From Blasia pusilla (Eukaryota), in assembly GCA_050084515.1 (NCBI GenBank), contig CM114271.1, positions 48,174,001 through 48,238,000 of the forward strand: a stretch of 64,000 nucleotides of DNA, written 5' to 3'. This document shows positions 38,808-51,786 of the stretch, piece after piece (position 1 is the stretch's first letter; each line of letters opens with the position of its first letter). The position numbers and the translations under genes were made by a program. Below the pieces are notes generated by a model. The model was not told where the DNA came from and made no database searches. It worked only from the letters and a program-made list of their open reading frames with translations.

Positions 38808-39377
38808 TGGAGATATTTTGGTACTTCTCGTCTTGTTGTTTGGATGCCATGAGTTAGCATGAGATTTTGCATATTTGTGTGTATGTTTGGTGACAACGAT
38901 GTATATTGTGTAGCGATGTGTATGAGGATGAAAATTTCCATGTCTGTTAGGATAGATCGACCAGATCTGGTAAGCAACTTTGGAGATACTGGAGGATAGC
39001 CTCAAGAGGTCGAGGATGACCTATTGAGAGCGCGGATAACTTGAGAGAGCAAGTTTCCCCTTCGTTTCGGCTCATTTGAAACCATATTGAGGAACTTACT
39101 ATTTTGAGTAAGTTACCATTTTTGATATAGTTGAGTTTCCAATTTGGGAAGTGTCCCTTGATCCACTATAGCAGGTCAAGAGCCAAGGAGGTGATATACA
39201 AGCATAGGTTATCGTGGAGAGAGCTTGGGAGAGCTTGGGGTATACCTCCAAGAGAGAGTGCTTGAGAGCTCATTCTCTTTTTGTTGAACCTCTTGGCATG
39301 AGGTGGCGGAGCTATGGTCCTCCTTGCCTTGTGGGTGTAACCCAAGACTCTTATTAGGAGAGTGGGTTTGGTTTGAC

Positions 39378-39449
<72 letters not shown>

Positions 39450-39650
39450 ATCATAGAGAGCTTGTTGTGAGAGATTTAATTGATTTATTGGAGATATTTT
39501 GGTACTTCTCGTCTTTTTTTGGATGCCATGAGTTAGCATGGGATCGTGCGTATTTGTGTGTATGTATGTTTGATGATAGTAATATATATGTTGTGTAGCA
39601 ATGTGTATGCGTATGACATAATTATTCACATTGAGTTGACGTTACCTTTG
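38808..39650 (+). repeat. Probable Gypsy 3' LTR region with an internal ~130-bp direct repeat
   Basis: Purine-rich GTGGGGGCAA just before; TGGAGATATTTTGGTACTTCTCGTC...GGATGCCATGAGTTAGCATG at ~38808 and ~39490; right boundary uncertain. Confidence 0.45.
39381..39448. repeat. (AG)34 microsatellite
   Basis: Direct reading. Confidence 0.97.
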
Positions 39651-41281
39651 TATAATATGAAATATAGGGCTTTGAGCAAGCCACTTAGTTGTCATAACAT
39701 AAAAATATTGCACTTGTCCAGATGGTGGCCAAGTGCAAATCAATCAACATCATACTTAAGCACCATTCATCTCTACAAAATTTCTCGACTACCATGTTCA
39801 TAAATACTGACTACAAACAACAATTCACACTCACTACAATCACCACAAAACCTTAAGTTATATCTCACTTGTTCAAACTTAACTAAATTTATGAAGCGTA
39901 AATTTTCAACTTTCTCATATTCTAGTTCATACTAATTAAGTATTTCTATTAACTACCACATGCAACTATCTTTTTTATTCTTTGCATCATACATACTACA
40001 CCTGCAACCATATCTTTTCATTCACACATTTGGACATACTATAGTGGCCGCATGCTAGTTTCTCATCCATTAGATTTTACATATGTGAGACATAAAGGTT
40101 GGGTCCTTGTAGGCCCCATGGGTATGGGCAATAACGGGTGGCGAGTGGGTTAGGGGTTGGATGAGATGGGTAGGGGGTTTATGGCTCCATATTCGTAATC
40201 CGGAGCCATAAATGCTATGAGTTATGATTCTGTCGAGAGCCGAAGTCCCAACTGACCGAGTCGCGTTGTTCCCCTAGCCATAGAGATGTACGGGGTTATG
40301 GGTGAGAAGTTTGACTCGTTCCTTACGGATTGCATTCATCATCTCTAGTCAAGAAATGGGTTATCCTTAATTACCACGATTCTTTATTGTAGGCCAAACA
40401 ACAGGTGCTAGAAGCCCACTTAATAATAGTCATGATTCACTATGCATTCCCTTATCCACTAACTAACCACTTAAGCAATCTAGCAACTCATGGTGAATTA
40501 TGACTAGTATTAAGTGGTCTTCTACCACCAGCGTCTTCCATAATCTAATCCCGCCGTAAAAGCCTATTGGTCTATGGATACTAGACTCTTTGAATCGCAA
40601 ATGCGACACGAGAGAGAACGGTTCTGTAGTACGACTGGTGTTAACGAATCCACTCTGATGTGAAGTGGCACCACCAGTGACCAGACCCATGCCATGCGCG
40701 CGCTGCTGCTGTCTGCTTTCCGAACGAACGGGAGTCGGTTACAATCTCGAGGGTTCGCGCGGCCTTTCACATGAACTATCGGATTCTCATTCGCTTCATC
40801 CACCCTCATCCCACCTTCGTTGCCAATGCCACCTCCCACCCTCCAGAGCCGGTCAGTACTCTTTTTTGGGTCGGTTGCACTTGGATGTGCACTTGGAGCG
40901 ATGGTTGTGGTACCTATTGCCACCCAAGCAAGAGAACGCAGGAAATGTAGGCATCAGCTGATTTCAGAAGTTAGGCAGGAAAGGACAGGACATGCAGCGG
41001 AAACAGAGGTTGTGGGAACGTGTGCAGGGCAGTTAATGCGGTGGATGCAGGTGAGGGGATCACATTATTTGAGAACGTGGGAAGGGCAGGAAATGCTTTG
41101 GATTCAGATGAGGGACGAGCTGGCATGAGAACATAGACAGGGCAGCGGATGTTGTGGATGAAGGAGATGTGGGCATCAGACATACTGAAGGCAGAGCAGG
41201 GCAACTGTTGGTTTGAGGACGGATTGGGGAGGAGAAATTCGCAAGCTTGAATTGAAGTGAATTAATAGAATTGGCGGAAAG

Positions 41282-44200
41282 ATGGAGGTGGCGTGCAATT
41301 TGGCCTGCCTAAGGAGCACCAAGAACATGACGCGCATTTCAATATGGGATAGCGCCCAGTTGGGTTCGTCCTCTCCTCCATTACCGCCACTCTTTTGGAG
41401 CTCAAATGTCTATCTAATGGAAGGTTAGGATGCGTTACAACATAACAAAGGTCATTCTGCCAGCGTAATTCTACTCTACTCTTCTCTTCCGTTGAGATTA
41501 AGTCGATGTATGCGTCAGATTATCTAGACCCACGTCAGGGGCGAGAGTTGTTTGCCTCAAGTGCCCATAGAAGACATCGACGCTGAACAGGTTAGAAACG
41601 AATGGGCGAACGATGGGGGGTCGGATGAGGGAATGAAGGGCATATCAACCATAACTGCAAACTCGGTAGAGTTGTAAAAGCAAACACGTAACCATTCGAA
41701 GCCAATTGTGGGAGAGACTGCCTCTCGTCGCTTAGTTCCTGTCGACAATAGACCCTGCGGTTAGGCTGCCTGAGTGCGAGCTAGTCTGATGGATGCAGGA
41801 GGAAGAATCGATGAAGTTACCATATGAGAGAACGGAGATTCTTATAGAGTGTGAGTGAGTATCATACATAGAACTTCCATATGTAAGCCATGAAACTATG
41901 TACTACACAATGCAACTCACCTGAGTTAGACCAAATGAAACACGACCAACCAGTAGAGCATCTCGGGGCAGTGAATCTAATATGGGCTAGTGAATGTGAG
42001 AAACAGCTCTCGTGATATCAGATTTTTATTCACGGTATAGGATGTCTCTCTTTCTGCTGTACATTTCGCACCAGTGACCAGAAGTTTCACCCCCACCATC
42101 ACGCAGTTTTGCGGGATGCTGATTGTGTTCCTATCTTGATCTTTGTGTCCTGAACTTAACCAGACTAGTGTAAGCTCGTGTGATGCACAGGTTTAAATTA
42201 CCTCCCAAAATGATAATTAAGTCTGATAATTCTCAAGTGTCATTTCAAATGAATTTCTGAATTTCAAGCGATCTCAGTATTTTCAGAAGGTGAACGATAT
42301 TATTGGCTAAAGTTCCAAGTGTCAAGAGAAGGAGTTTGAAAAATTGAAGGGGCACTCTCCAATAATACTATAGATTTCCCAACTTCGAGAATTCCCTGCA
42401 AAAGTTTCTTGAGCTGTGCTGGTCACGATACTCATTCAGTGGAGAAATGTGTAACTTTGTGTTGTAGATTGACAAAGAGACTGTAGTCATTAGGTAGTGC
42501 CCCTCGTAGGGATTCAACCATAGACCCCGCACTGGTTAGAAGGCGTGAATTAGACGGAGAGAGCCTACCCATTTAATGTGTGTGGTGCCCTAATATGAAG
42601 GTGCTAGAGACTAGCTTGAATGCAGAGGGAGGAGTAAGTGAAGAAAGTATTGTGCAGAGCTTCCAGGCATCAACCAAGAAACTCCCTACAACGCTATATA
42701 CGTCACCTGATTGGCAACCCCAAAAGATGTCATGAGCAGTATTGCCGTTACGACCAGCTCTGGTGCTACCAACTCAGCAATTTGAGCTTATGTTGATGTA
42801 TGCGTTGTAAATTTTGCCTATGTGACCTGATAGTGACTGGCCCTATTTGCGGTTGAAGGGAACAGCCTCCGCCCAGAACTTGGACAAAGAGTCCCCTAGA
42901 AATAGTTCTTTAGCTCTGCTGGTCCAGGATACACACTGAAGAGCGAAAGGAGTCCTCAATGCTGAATTGTAGTGAGTCCTCCCCTACTACTTTCGTTATG
43001 GTATCCACAGAGAAGTTTTCTTCTTGCTCCCACAGCTCAGGCGCTGTAGGGAGCTTTTTCATATTCTGTCTCTTGAGTCCATGATTTGGTCTACTTCACT
43101 GGTCTCATAGTGATCCCCAGACTTAAAAGGTACTGTTGGGAATCCATTGTCTCCAGCTTCCTCTATCTCTCCAACTTGGCAATGTCACATTTATTCCCAG
43201 TAGTACCTCTTCGAATTCAGATCCCACACCAGCATTCGCGGTTGGTGAGGAAGCTGACACCATACTCTGAAACGCCTTCAGCTGCACAACTTAAAAGCCC
43301 ATTCTTCCGTTGGAGGAACTTGGTGAAACCATCGGTCGCTACGCGATATTTCTAGTAGTCTTCTAGATGTCAGAAACCCGCATACTATCCTCTGTAAATT
43401 CAATGCCAAGGTAAGAGGGAGCTAGCAGTGGTCTAGTAGTTTCACGGTACAGTGCATGTAGAAGCTCAGATCTGCTGGCGGTTGGGTCTGTCGAATGTGG
43501 AAGGCAAGACTTGCGAATTCTACTCATAACTAGAGCATGGGCATGCAATTTGTTAGTGACTGACTGACTACAAGTTAGCACAAGATTCGTTTGCATACAC
43601 TGATTTTAGCAGCAGCGTGTAATTATTTGATGCAGCATTACTCAATCTGAGAGAGCAGGAAGAACTTCGATACATAATTGACCACATGGGTGTTCTATCG
43701 GCCCAAGCGCAGCACTTGAGAACGCCCATTACAGATTACAATCGTTTGAAGGCTGGATCTCATACCCTGTATCTCTGTTCGACGGGATTACCAGGCAAGC
43801 CAGAATTTATCTTGGCCAAAGGGATGTTGAAGGTAGGTCAGAAGAATCTCTACATTCGCAAGGACAATGGAAAGCTTGTGGAAATGGCACCCACGTGCGT
43901 CCTTGACTTCTACGTTCACGAATCGTGTCAAAGGTACACACTCAAGTTCATTCACTTCTTATTTCCAAGCTCTTGTGGTGCCTTTTCGTAAACGGACTCC
44001 AAGAATTGACACAGGGGCTTACAACGAGCGCTTTGAAGGTCATTCCTTATCAATCCTGGACTTCTTCTTTTAGTATGGTTCATCTGTATTGTGTATGAGA
44101 TCCGGAGTTCTTGTCCTTTTTCTCGACAATGAGAATCCATTCACTTTCACGAGCTTGCTGTCGTGGACAGAATGGGTCTGGGTCACGAGCTGTTTGAGGC

Positions 44201-46357
44201 CATGCTAGTACGCGAGAAGAAGCGTCCTCGAGAACTTGGGTGAGTTCATCGTGCGTTCATTAGGTTCACATGTTTCGCCTAATTTCTGCATCCCAAGGTG
44301 TATTTATGTAGGCTACTACCAATTCACTGTCTACACTCCGATTGCAATCCTCTTTTGTCCATAGGATCCAAACCTATGAAGTGAATGATAGAAAGTCACA
44401 AGAAGAAATTCCATGATCTGAGAGACTATCCTGTGGACCAAACGAGCAATTATCAGTCGGGGAGTGACTTTGTGGATTGGGCTTAGTTAACCTGAAATAA
44501 ACTAGTTTCCCAAGGTGGAGAGCCGATTCAGCGTGCCAAAGAAAGAATCGAATTAATTCTACAGAGACATGAACACACCACAAAACTCAGAGTGTCTACC
44601 ATGTAGCGAGTGTTTACGATGGATTGTATCGATCTTCAGCTTTTATCATATTGTCCAATTCAACAGGACAGCCACAAGATAGAAGATGAATGAAAAGAAG
44701 TTAGTCTTGGTTGGATATCTGTACCATGAACTGATGTGTAAGTTTCTCATTTGATGACACGAATGCTTCTATAGTAGACTCGTAGCTGAAGCATGAGCAG
44801 AGAACAGAGCAGATCATATTAATGAGTTGTTTTACACAGCTGGATTCTTGTCCCCTTGGATTCGGAGCAGCTATGACAGGCCATCATCCAAGCTTCACTC
44901 TTTTTTGGCAAAGTACTACGGCCTCAAAGATTTCTTACCGCAGGTATCTTCTGGGACTGGGCATAATGAGCTGTTATAATTGTCAGCAAGAACTCTCCTA
45001 TCAACCTATAATTTGCAAGTGAGTGGACACAAAGAAGACTAGGGGTATTCCCGTGCTATGTGCAGATTTAATGCTGGAGTAGTGGACAACTCATTTTAAT
45101 TACCTACTATTTCCAATAATTGCCCCCTTCTCCCTCCATACATTCTTTTGCAATGGTTTTACTTTTATGATGGCAGCACTTGTTTCAAACGGTGCCAAGA
45201 CAAACAGACTTTGGGGGCATGTTCCATCAGCAGAGCTTCAGTACTAGAATGTCATTACCTTGTAGTCCAATTTTATCAAGATTTCTAGAATCTATTTCAG
45301 CTTTTGGGAGGAATTTTAGTTCTGAGGGGCCTTCAACTCTCTACCCAAATGTGCACTGTTTTTATCTGGCTCCTCCTTTCCTTGTATTTTCCTTGATAGG
45401 TTTCTTACCATACATTTTCATTTCAGTTTTATTTTATTTTCAAACACTCACTGTTGTGTGACTTTTGGACCTTAGGCAAATCAATTTGTGGTTTTCAAGG
45501 ACTACTTCTACGAGCAGGCCAGTGCCAATGTTGGAAGAGACAGTCCTGTAGATGACTGGGGCAAAGACAGCTCAGGGCCGAATTACCTTCTGGAGAGAGA
45601 TTGTTGCGGAAAGGATAAGGTTCTTCATGGACGGAGAGCAACAAACCCTCAACAATCAACAGTAGACCGTGACTTTCTACGATTGAGAAAGATAGAGTCT
45701 GGAATTGAAAGGACTGATGACATGGCGGTAGTAGATCCTTGCACAAGTCAACAGCAGCTATGTGGAAGACGGCAATCAGGACATCAGATGACAAATATTC
45801 CTGGTGCAAACAAGGTATCTTGTTCCTCGAAATCAATTGAGAACCAGAAGCATCACTTGAGTTACCCCCCTGTTCCCAGCGAGAGAGATGACTTTTTTGG
45901 CAAGAACTTTTTGGATGAACAAAAACAATCAACCACTCAAGTCCTGAAAATAGCACATGGGCGGAGGAATAGCTCTTTGGAAGCAAGGAAAATGACTGAT
46001 ATCAGGTATTTTAGTCCTCCCAGCCTTCCAAAACCTTTCGAGGATGAATCCAAGCATCTTACATACTGCAGCCCTTCAAAACTGTCCCGAAGAGATTCGA
46101 CGAGAGCCAGATTGTTCCACGAAGGCTCGTATGTTCAGAAGAACACCACACTCCAACCCACTCTGAAATGTCCATTCTGGACAAAAGAAGGACGTCTTTT
46201 CGACTCTACGAATTTCGATGCATCTACAAAGCCAGATTTTGTGCCTATTCCAGCTACATTTCAAAAGACAAGGTCTTGCTATCATGCTGGAATGAGAGGA
46301 TACCAGGCAGCAGAAGCTATTGGATACTCTGGAGGCCTATGGGGATCAAGTTCATGA
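41282..46357 (+). CDS. ATAT1: Alpha-tubulin N-acetyltransferase (ATAT1/MEC-17 family), 5 exons, ~467 aa with long low-conservation C-tail
   Basis: Exons 41282-41363, 43636-43933, 44171-44239, 44871-44943, 45476-46357; all GT-AG and phase-compatible; IIDHMGVLSAQAQHL...GMLKVGQKNLY...CVLDFYVHESCQRMGLGHELF...GYDRPSSKLHSFLAKYYGL...PQANQFVVF. Exon 1 is the least certain. Confidence 0.92.
42620..43450 (-). mobile_element. Decayed LINE 3' fragment in ATAT1 intron 1, related to the LINE at 49.4-51.8 kb
   Basis: Shared colinear blocks TCAACCAAGAAACTC, TCTGGTGCTACC, AATAGTTCTT, CCATTGTCTCCAGCT, GAAACGCCTTCAGCTGCA. Confidence 0.7.
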
Positions 46358-47191
46358 CATGAAAGAATGATGAGTGCATTGATATGAAAGTTGAGTGCAA
46401 TGATATGATTTAAAAAGGCTCTTTGTGGGAAATGGATCCAGTGATATTATTTATTCCGCATGAGTTTGCTCACAACATTGTAATGCATCACCTAGATTCT
46501 CGATTCTGTCAAGTACATATGATTTTGTAATGTCATTTTCTGTTTGAAAGTTCATTTGTGTAAGCAGCGGATCCTCTATGATCTTGCGAAGTCATCGGTT
46601 TTTCCTGAAACTCCTTGTTTCATCTCTTAGCAATAACTTTACCCAGGCTCAAAACCTGTTTGCTCTTCGAAACTAAAGGCCCATAAGGCTTCACAGTATT
46701 AGCCTTCGCCACAAAAGAGATTACTGCCAATATCCCATGTAAGAAATAATAATTTTTGCTTCACATTCACATTTTTTATCACATTTTGTCTCTTCTATGT
46801 TCTTCCCAATCCTAAGGAAGGCCAGAGGTCAGAAGTCAAGGGCCACCATGATCACTTCCAGTTGGTCAATGATTATATGCAATAGACATGAGAGTAGGGA
46901 ATGGTCTTGCGGACCCTTCCTTGGATTCTACATTGCTGAGAGATTGAAGAGTTTATGTGCCTGCAGAATCCAGGAGATCATTGGCTTCGATCCGAGGCAA
47001 CAAGACTCGCGGATGGAATGCATTCTTCGTGTAATGCTGTGATGATGAGTGTTCCTGGGCAGTCTCGTAGACTTATAGTTAACCCATGTATTTTTGAATG
47101 CCAAACTGCTTCAAGTAAGGCAGCTCCTGATCAGCTCCTGACCAGGAGAGGTAAGGTGTGATGGCTACTAGCAAGTACAATCAATATTAGC

Positions 47192-47212
47192 TATATATAT
47201 ATATATATATAT
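47192..47212. repeat. (TA)10 microsatellite
   Basis: Direct reading. Confidence 0.9.
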
Positions 47213-48016
47213 GATGGTAACCCACCTGTGATTCTGACCGACTTTTGAACACCAAATGTACAATCAATTGGAAGACTAGTTCGTGCACTGCTTTTCTTGA
47301 AAGCTAAGGGATACAATTGGTTACTTCGGCAGTCCTTTCCTCAACTACCACCTCATGTGCACTCTAAAGATTTGAGCTTTTGGAGGTCCTACCAAATCAG
47401 GCATGTAGCAACAGAGCAAAATTTGATGTCTCCCTCTCCCTAGGGCTCGCCAAGACACCGAACAGAACCCAGGAGGTCATTTGGATGGGACCAATGGTCA
47501 AATAATTTGTTGATAGATGGTTTGGTTGATTTATTAGGCATCATATAGTTTGTATCATGGATGGATGGATGGAAGGAGAGGGGGACGGATAAATTAAAAA
47601 GTGTACGAGAAGAAGAAAGCACGCATCCATTGCATTTTCATCTTAACTAGGTTGAGTATGTAGACTATTCCAGAATTTCAGGCCTGTTAAAAAATTTGAG
47701 GATTCCACTCAATGAACATTTTTTTCATTATGGCATAATCTCGAACGCAACAATTTCCAATGTTGATAATGCATGCATTGATTGGATAACCTGCCTAGTA
47801 GCTCCACTAGACTTCTTGTACCTAGTAGGTGCACAACATATCATGGAACTTTGTGATGCTAGTAGGTGTGAATCAAACATTTAACTAGACTTACTTGTGT
47901 ATCAATTGTTAGTTTACACCATCCAACTCTTAATAAAGTAATTGCATTCTTTTGTTATCTTATTATTTATCAATCATTAATAATGCCCCTGACAAAAGCA
48001 TACAATACTACTTTAA

Positions 48017-48091
48017 GGGGAGTGGTAGCAAGAATCGTACTTGCGGCCTCTTGCACCCAAAGGAAGAATCACACCACTAGACCAAATACCC
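48017..48091 (-). pseudogene. tRNA-Pro(TGG)-derived pseudogene or SINE head
   Basis: - strand GGGTATTTGGTCTAGTGGTGTGATTCTTCCTTTGGGTGCAAGAGGCCGCAAGTACGATTCTTGC; A-box, TGG anticodon loop and paired T-stem; acceptor stem and T-loop mutated. Confidence 0.75.
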
Positions 48092-48544
48092 TTGTTTTCA
48101 GTACAAGGTCACCTCGATAACAAAATTTTTTTGGAGAGATGAACCTCATTCATTCATTCCTTATAATTAATCAAGAAGACGGGAATGAGCAATATCACAA
48201 TCCTTGCCAATCGTGGTAACGTAACATGAGTCCAATCTCAAATCACAAACGAAAGAGATTGGATGGTTAGGGTGAGCAAGTACATTATTTGATGCTCCAC
48301 TCACTTGGGAAATCAGTTGCAAGTGCGTTCCTAGGATGGACATGGACGAACAAGTTTGGATATGTCCACGGACATGAATTGCAAGAGGTAGGGCCCACAC
48401 TTAGAGCTCATGTGGAAGGCATGGTAGGGGCGGGTGGGCGGGCAGGGCAATAAGGAGGGAGGGAGTGGAGGTGGGGCCCACATGGGACAAGTTCTTCCAT
48501 AAGACGGACGTAGTCACCTAAGTACACGGACATGTACTTTGTCC

Positions 48545-49360
48545 ATATGCAATCTGGGTGCAACCCGTCGGACTCTGAGGGGTTGTAATTTTTACTTATT
48601 CTGTAAGGGGCATAATACCTCATATTGCTTACGTGCAGCTCTCATGCAACCCGCCAAAGAAAAGGTTGCATCTTAGAATCTATCAATGACAACAATGTTG
48701 AGGATTTGATCTTTGTAATCCATTGAAGGCCGACAAGTTGCACGAGAGTTGAATTAGTCGGCCTTGTTGATAATATATGACCATTGTGAGAGAATCGCTT
48801 AAGGACTTGCAACCCCTTGGAGTCCGACGGGTTGCAGTAGACACACTAAGGTCCTCTTCCACTTTTTTCTTGAACCTTAAGGCATCAAATCAAGACTTGA
48901 GACTCCTTGCAACCCATGTGAATTTGAAAAGTTTCCAAACAAAGAGCGTATGCCTATCTCCTTGCAACTTGTCTCTGATGGGTCATAGAGGTGATTTGGG
49001 AGTATGAATTCAAGGAAAAATGAAATTCACTGTACCAATAATTACTTACGCGTTTATAGGATGCACGGAGATTCTGACCATAACCATATGATTCAAAATT
49101 GGGCAAAGAAAAATTTCCTTCACACAAAAATATGCATCCCATGAATTTGGGCGCTCCGCAGCAAACTAGGATCATGCCATGATTTGGTGATACCCATCCA
49201 GATGAGAAGTAGAAATGCTGCATCCACTTGTATTTTGTGCCAACCGCCAATATATAGAATTCTGCATCCCTCATCTTCCCGAATGCATCTGTCTTGTCCA
49301 AGTCTTTGTCTATGACATGGTACTATTTAATTTCCCTATTCAAGGCTGAACATAGAAAGG
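48545..49360 (-). mobile_element. Copy F: strongly diverged relative of the ParB exon with palindrome-bearing intron
   Basis: PFYVQP...KMRDAEF...GTKYKWMQHFYF / GYHQIMA / FAAERPNS read across frameshifts; palindromes at ~48560, 48810. Confidence 0.7.
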
Positions 49361-49399
49361 TACCATATGAGAGGAGGGAGCCACTCTCATATAGTGTGA

Positions 49400-51786
49400 G
49401 TGTTGAAAAAACAATGTGTTTGTGCGGAGCTTCCAAGTGTCAACCAAGAAACTCTTCACCACACCATCTACTTTACCTGATTGGGATCCCCAATAGACAT
49501 TACTTACCAGTGTAGCATTTTTGGGCAATGAATCAAGGCTACTGAATGTGTTGAACAGTTCTGGTGCTACCAGCTTAGCAATATCAGCATATGCTCTTGC
49601 TCCGTGAGTTGTGAATTTTGCGCAGGAGACCAAGTAATGACTAGAGGTTTCATCCCCATCATCACACACGGTGCAAGAGTTTATCCTGCTTTTCTTATGG
49701 TTCAAGGGGATTGCTCCCGTTCTGAACTTGAACTTGAGCCGGGTTCCCAAGCAAGGGGATCCCCGCAAATAGTTCTTCAGTTCAGCCTTCTCGGGATATA
49801 CCGTCAAGAGAGAGAGGTCAAACATCTTCGTTGCTTCCTCCATGCTGTTCTGCTGTGAGCGTTTGCCCACTGCTTTGGTTATGGTATCCACGAATGCTTT
49901 CTCATCTTGCTCCCACAGTTCATGCCATGCTGGGAGCTTGGAAGCTTGCACAATCTCTTGAACCTTTTTCGTCCAAGATTTGGCTTGCTTTACGGGTCTT
50001 CTTTGGGTCCAGGTTTGCCCCATCACCTCTTTAGGATAGCGATGGGAGTCCATTGTCTCCAGCTGCCTCCGCCATTTCAATTTGGCAATGTCATGTCTAT
50101 CCTCCAAGGATTCCACACCTAGTTCTGATCTCGCACCAACTCGGGCTATTTGTGATGAGGTTGACATCATACCCCGAAACGCCTTCAGCTGCATAGCTTC
50201 AAGCCTATCCCTTTATTTGGTGTTGACATCCCACACTGCTGCCCCATATTCCAGCGAGGGACTTTCTCAGTAGTCTTCTTAATGTGTGCATCCCACATGC
50301 AATCTTCCGAGAATTCTATGCCCAGATAGGTGTATGTAGCCACACGGGGGATCTCTTTTTTGCCCTAGTACCACTGTTGGTCTTGGTCCTCCTCCTTGCC
50401 ATTGAAAATCATCACACCGCTTTTCAGTACATTTGCCTCCATACCCCACATGTCACACCAGATTTTGGTTAGGGAGATCATCTCTTGGAGTTTCTCTCCT
50501 GTTTTCTCGAGGCCACCAAAGTCATCAGCAAACATGAGGGCAACAACAAAGCTGTTGCCCACCCGTATGCCTAGTCCACAATCCTCCAATTATTCCAATA
50601 GGGAATTCACAAAAATGTTGAAGAGAGTGGGGGAGAGCGGGCATCCTTGAGCCACTCCTTGCTTTATGTTGAATGTCCCACTCTTTTGGCCATTCACCAA
50701 AACTCTACTCCATGTGTTTTGGTACATCTTCTCCACCACCCTCCACATTTTCCCTCTCAGCCCCGCCTTCCATAAGCTATAAGATAGCTCGTCACGCCAT
50801 ACAGTGTCGTATGCCTTCTTGAGGTCCAAGAAGAAGCAATAGGTGGGTTTCCCCTCTTTTTTCCTACCCTGGATAATCAGACTGAAGGTGAAGATGTGAT
50901 CCACGCATCCTCGGGCTTGCCAGAAGCCAGCCTGGCCTTCGTTGATGACAGAATTCTCCTCCAGGTACACAGAGATCCTATTGTTGAGTATACGGCAAAG
51001 GAGCTTCCCGACTACACTCAGGAATGTAATACCCTTGTAGTTTCTAGGGTCTTCTCGCTCACCCTTCTTGAAGAGGTTCACGATGACTCCCACCCGCCAT
51101 CTTTGTGGGATGATTTCTGCCTGCCAGATCAGGTTGAAGAGACTCACTAGAGAATGAGCCATAGCAGCATCGCCATACTTCAACAGCTCATTCACAAGCT
51201 CATCACCACCGCCTGCTTTGTGGTTCACAAGTTCTTTGATCGCTGCTCCCACCTCAGTCAAGGAGAACCAATCGTTATATGGGTTGCCCAACTCAACCTC
51301 ATCATCTACCTTCTCCTGTTGTATCTTAACAAAATCCTCCACCACCCTCTCGAAGTTCTGCTCTTCAAGGGATGTCCGAGCGGGCTTCCTGCCTAACTCC
51401 TTGTAATGGTCTTCCAACACATGTCGGATCTATTCAGCGGTGGTCACCATTCCACCATCTTTTCTCTTCAAGGCCTTTACGTCATTTTTGTCCCTCGCCT
51501 TGCTCAATTTCTGCACTTCCATCTAGAACTTTTTTTGATTCTCAGGGAAATTCTCATTGATGGATGAGTATGTCGCTTGGTTCAATTTCTTCTTGTGCAT
51601 GAGCACGAGAAGACGGGCTTCCTTGCATTGGGCCACATACTCTACCCACAAGGATGCATTTTCCTTGGCTTTGGCACTTGTTACATATGCTTCCCTTCGT
51701 TTGGCAATGGCTGGCTTGAGTTCCAAGGACCACCATTTGACGGCTCTGCCGCATATTATCAATTTCTTGCCGACAGCAATCTTGAC
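49400..51786 (-). mobile_element. Non-LTR retrotransposon (LINE) RT + C-terminal Zn knuckle, 5' end cut by MULE insertion
   Basis: YKGITFLSVVGKL, QAGF, FLDLKKAYDTV, GVAQGCPLSPTLFNIF, LMFADD, CTVC...ETSSHYLVSC; stops and frameshifts. Confidence 0.92.

Noticed and set aside
39209-39629. ORFs with poly-(LS) tracts
   Set aside because: Translation of the (AG)n microsatellite
40463-41204. Divergent host gene upstream of ATAT1
   Set aside because: Several short overlapping ORFs with no recognisable domain or consistent splice pattern
42490-42570. tRNA or SINE with B-box-like GGTTGAATCCC on the - strand
   Set aside because: No A-box or cloverleaf visible; too weak to call
46797-47161. Additional exons or gene downstream of ATAT1
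   Set aside because: Isolated splice-like signals only; no coherent protein
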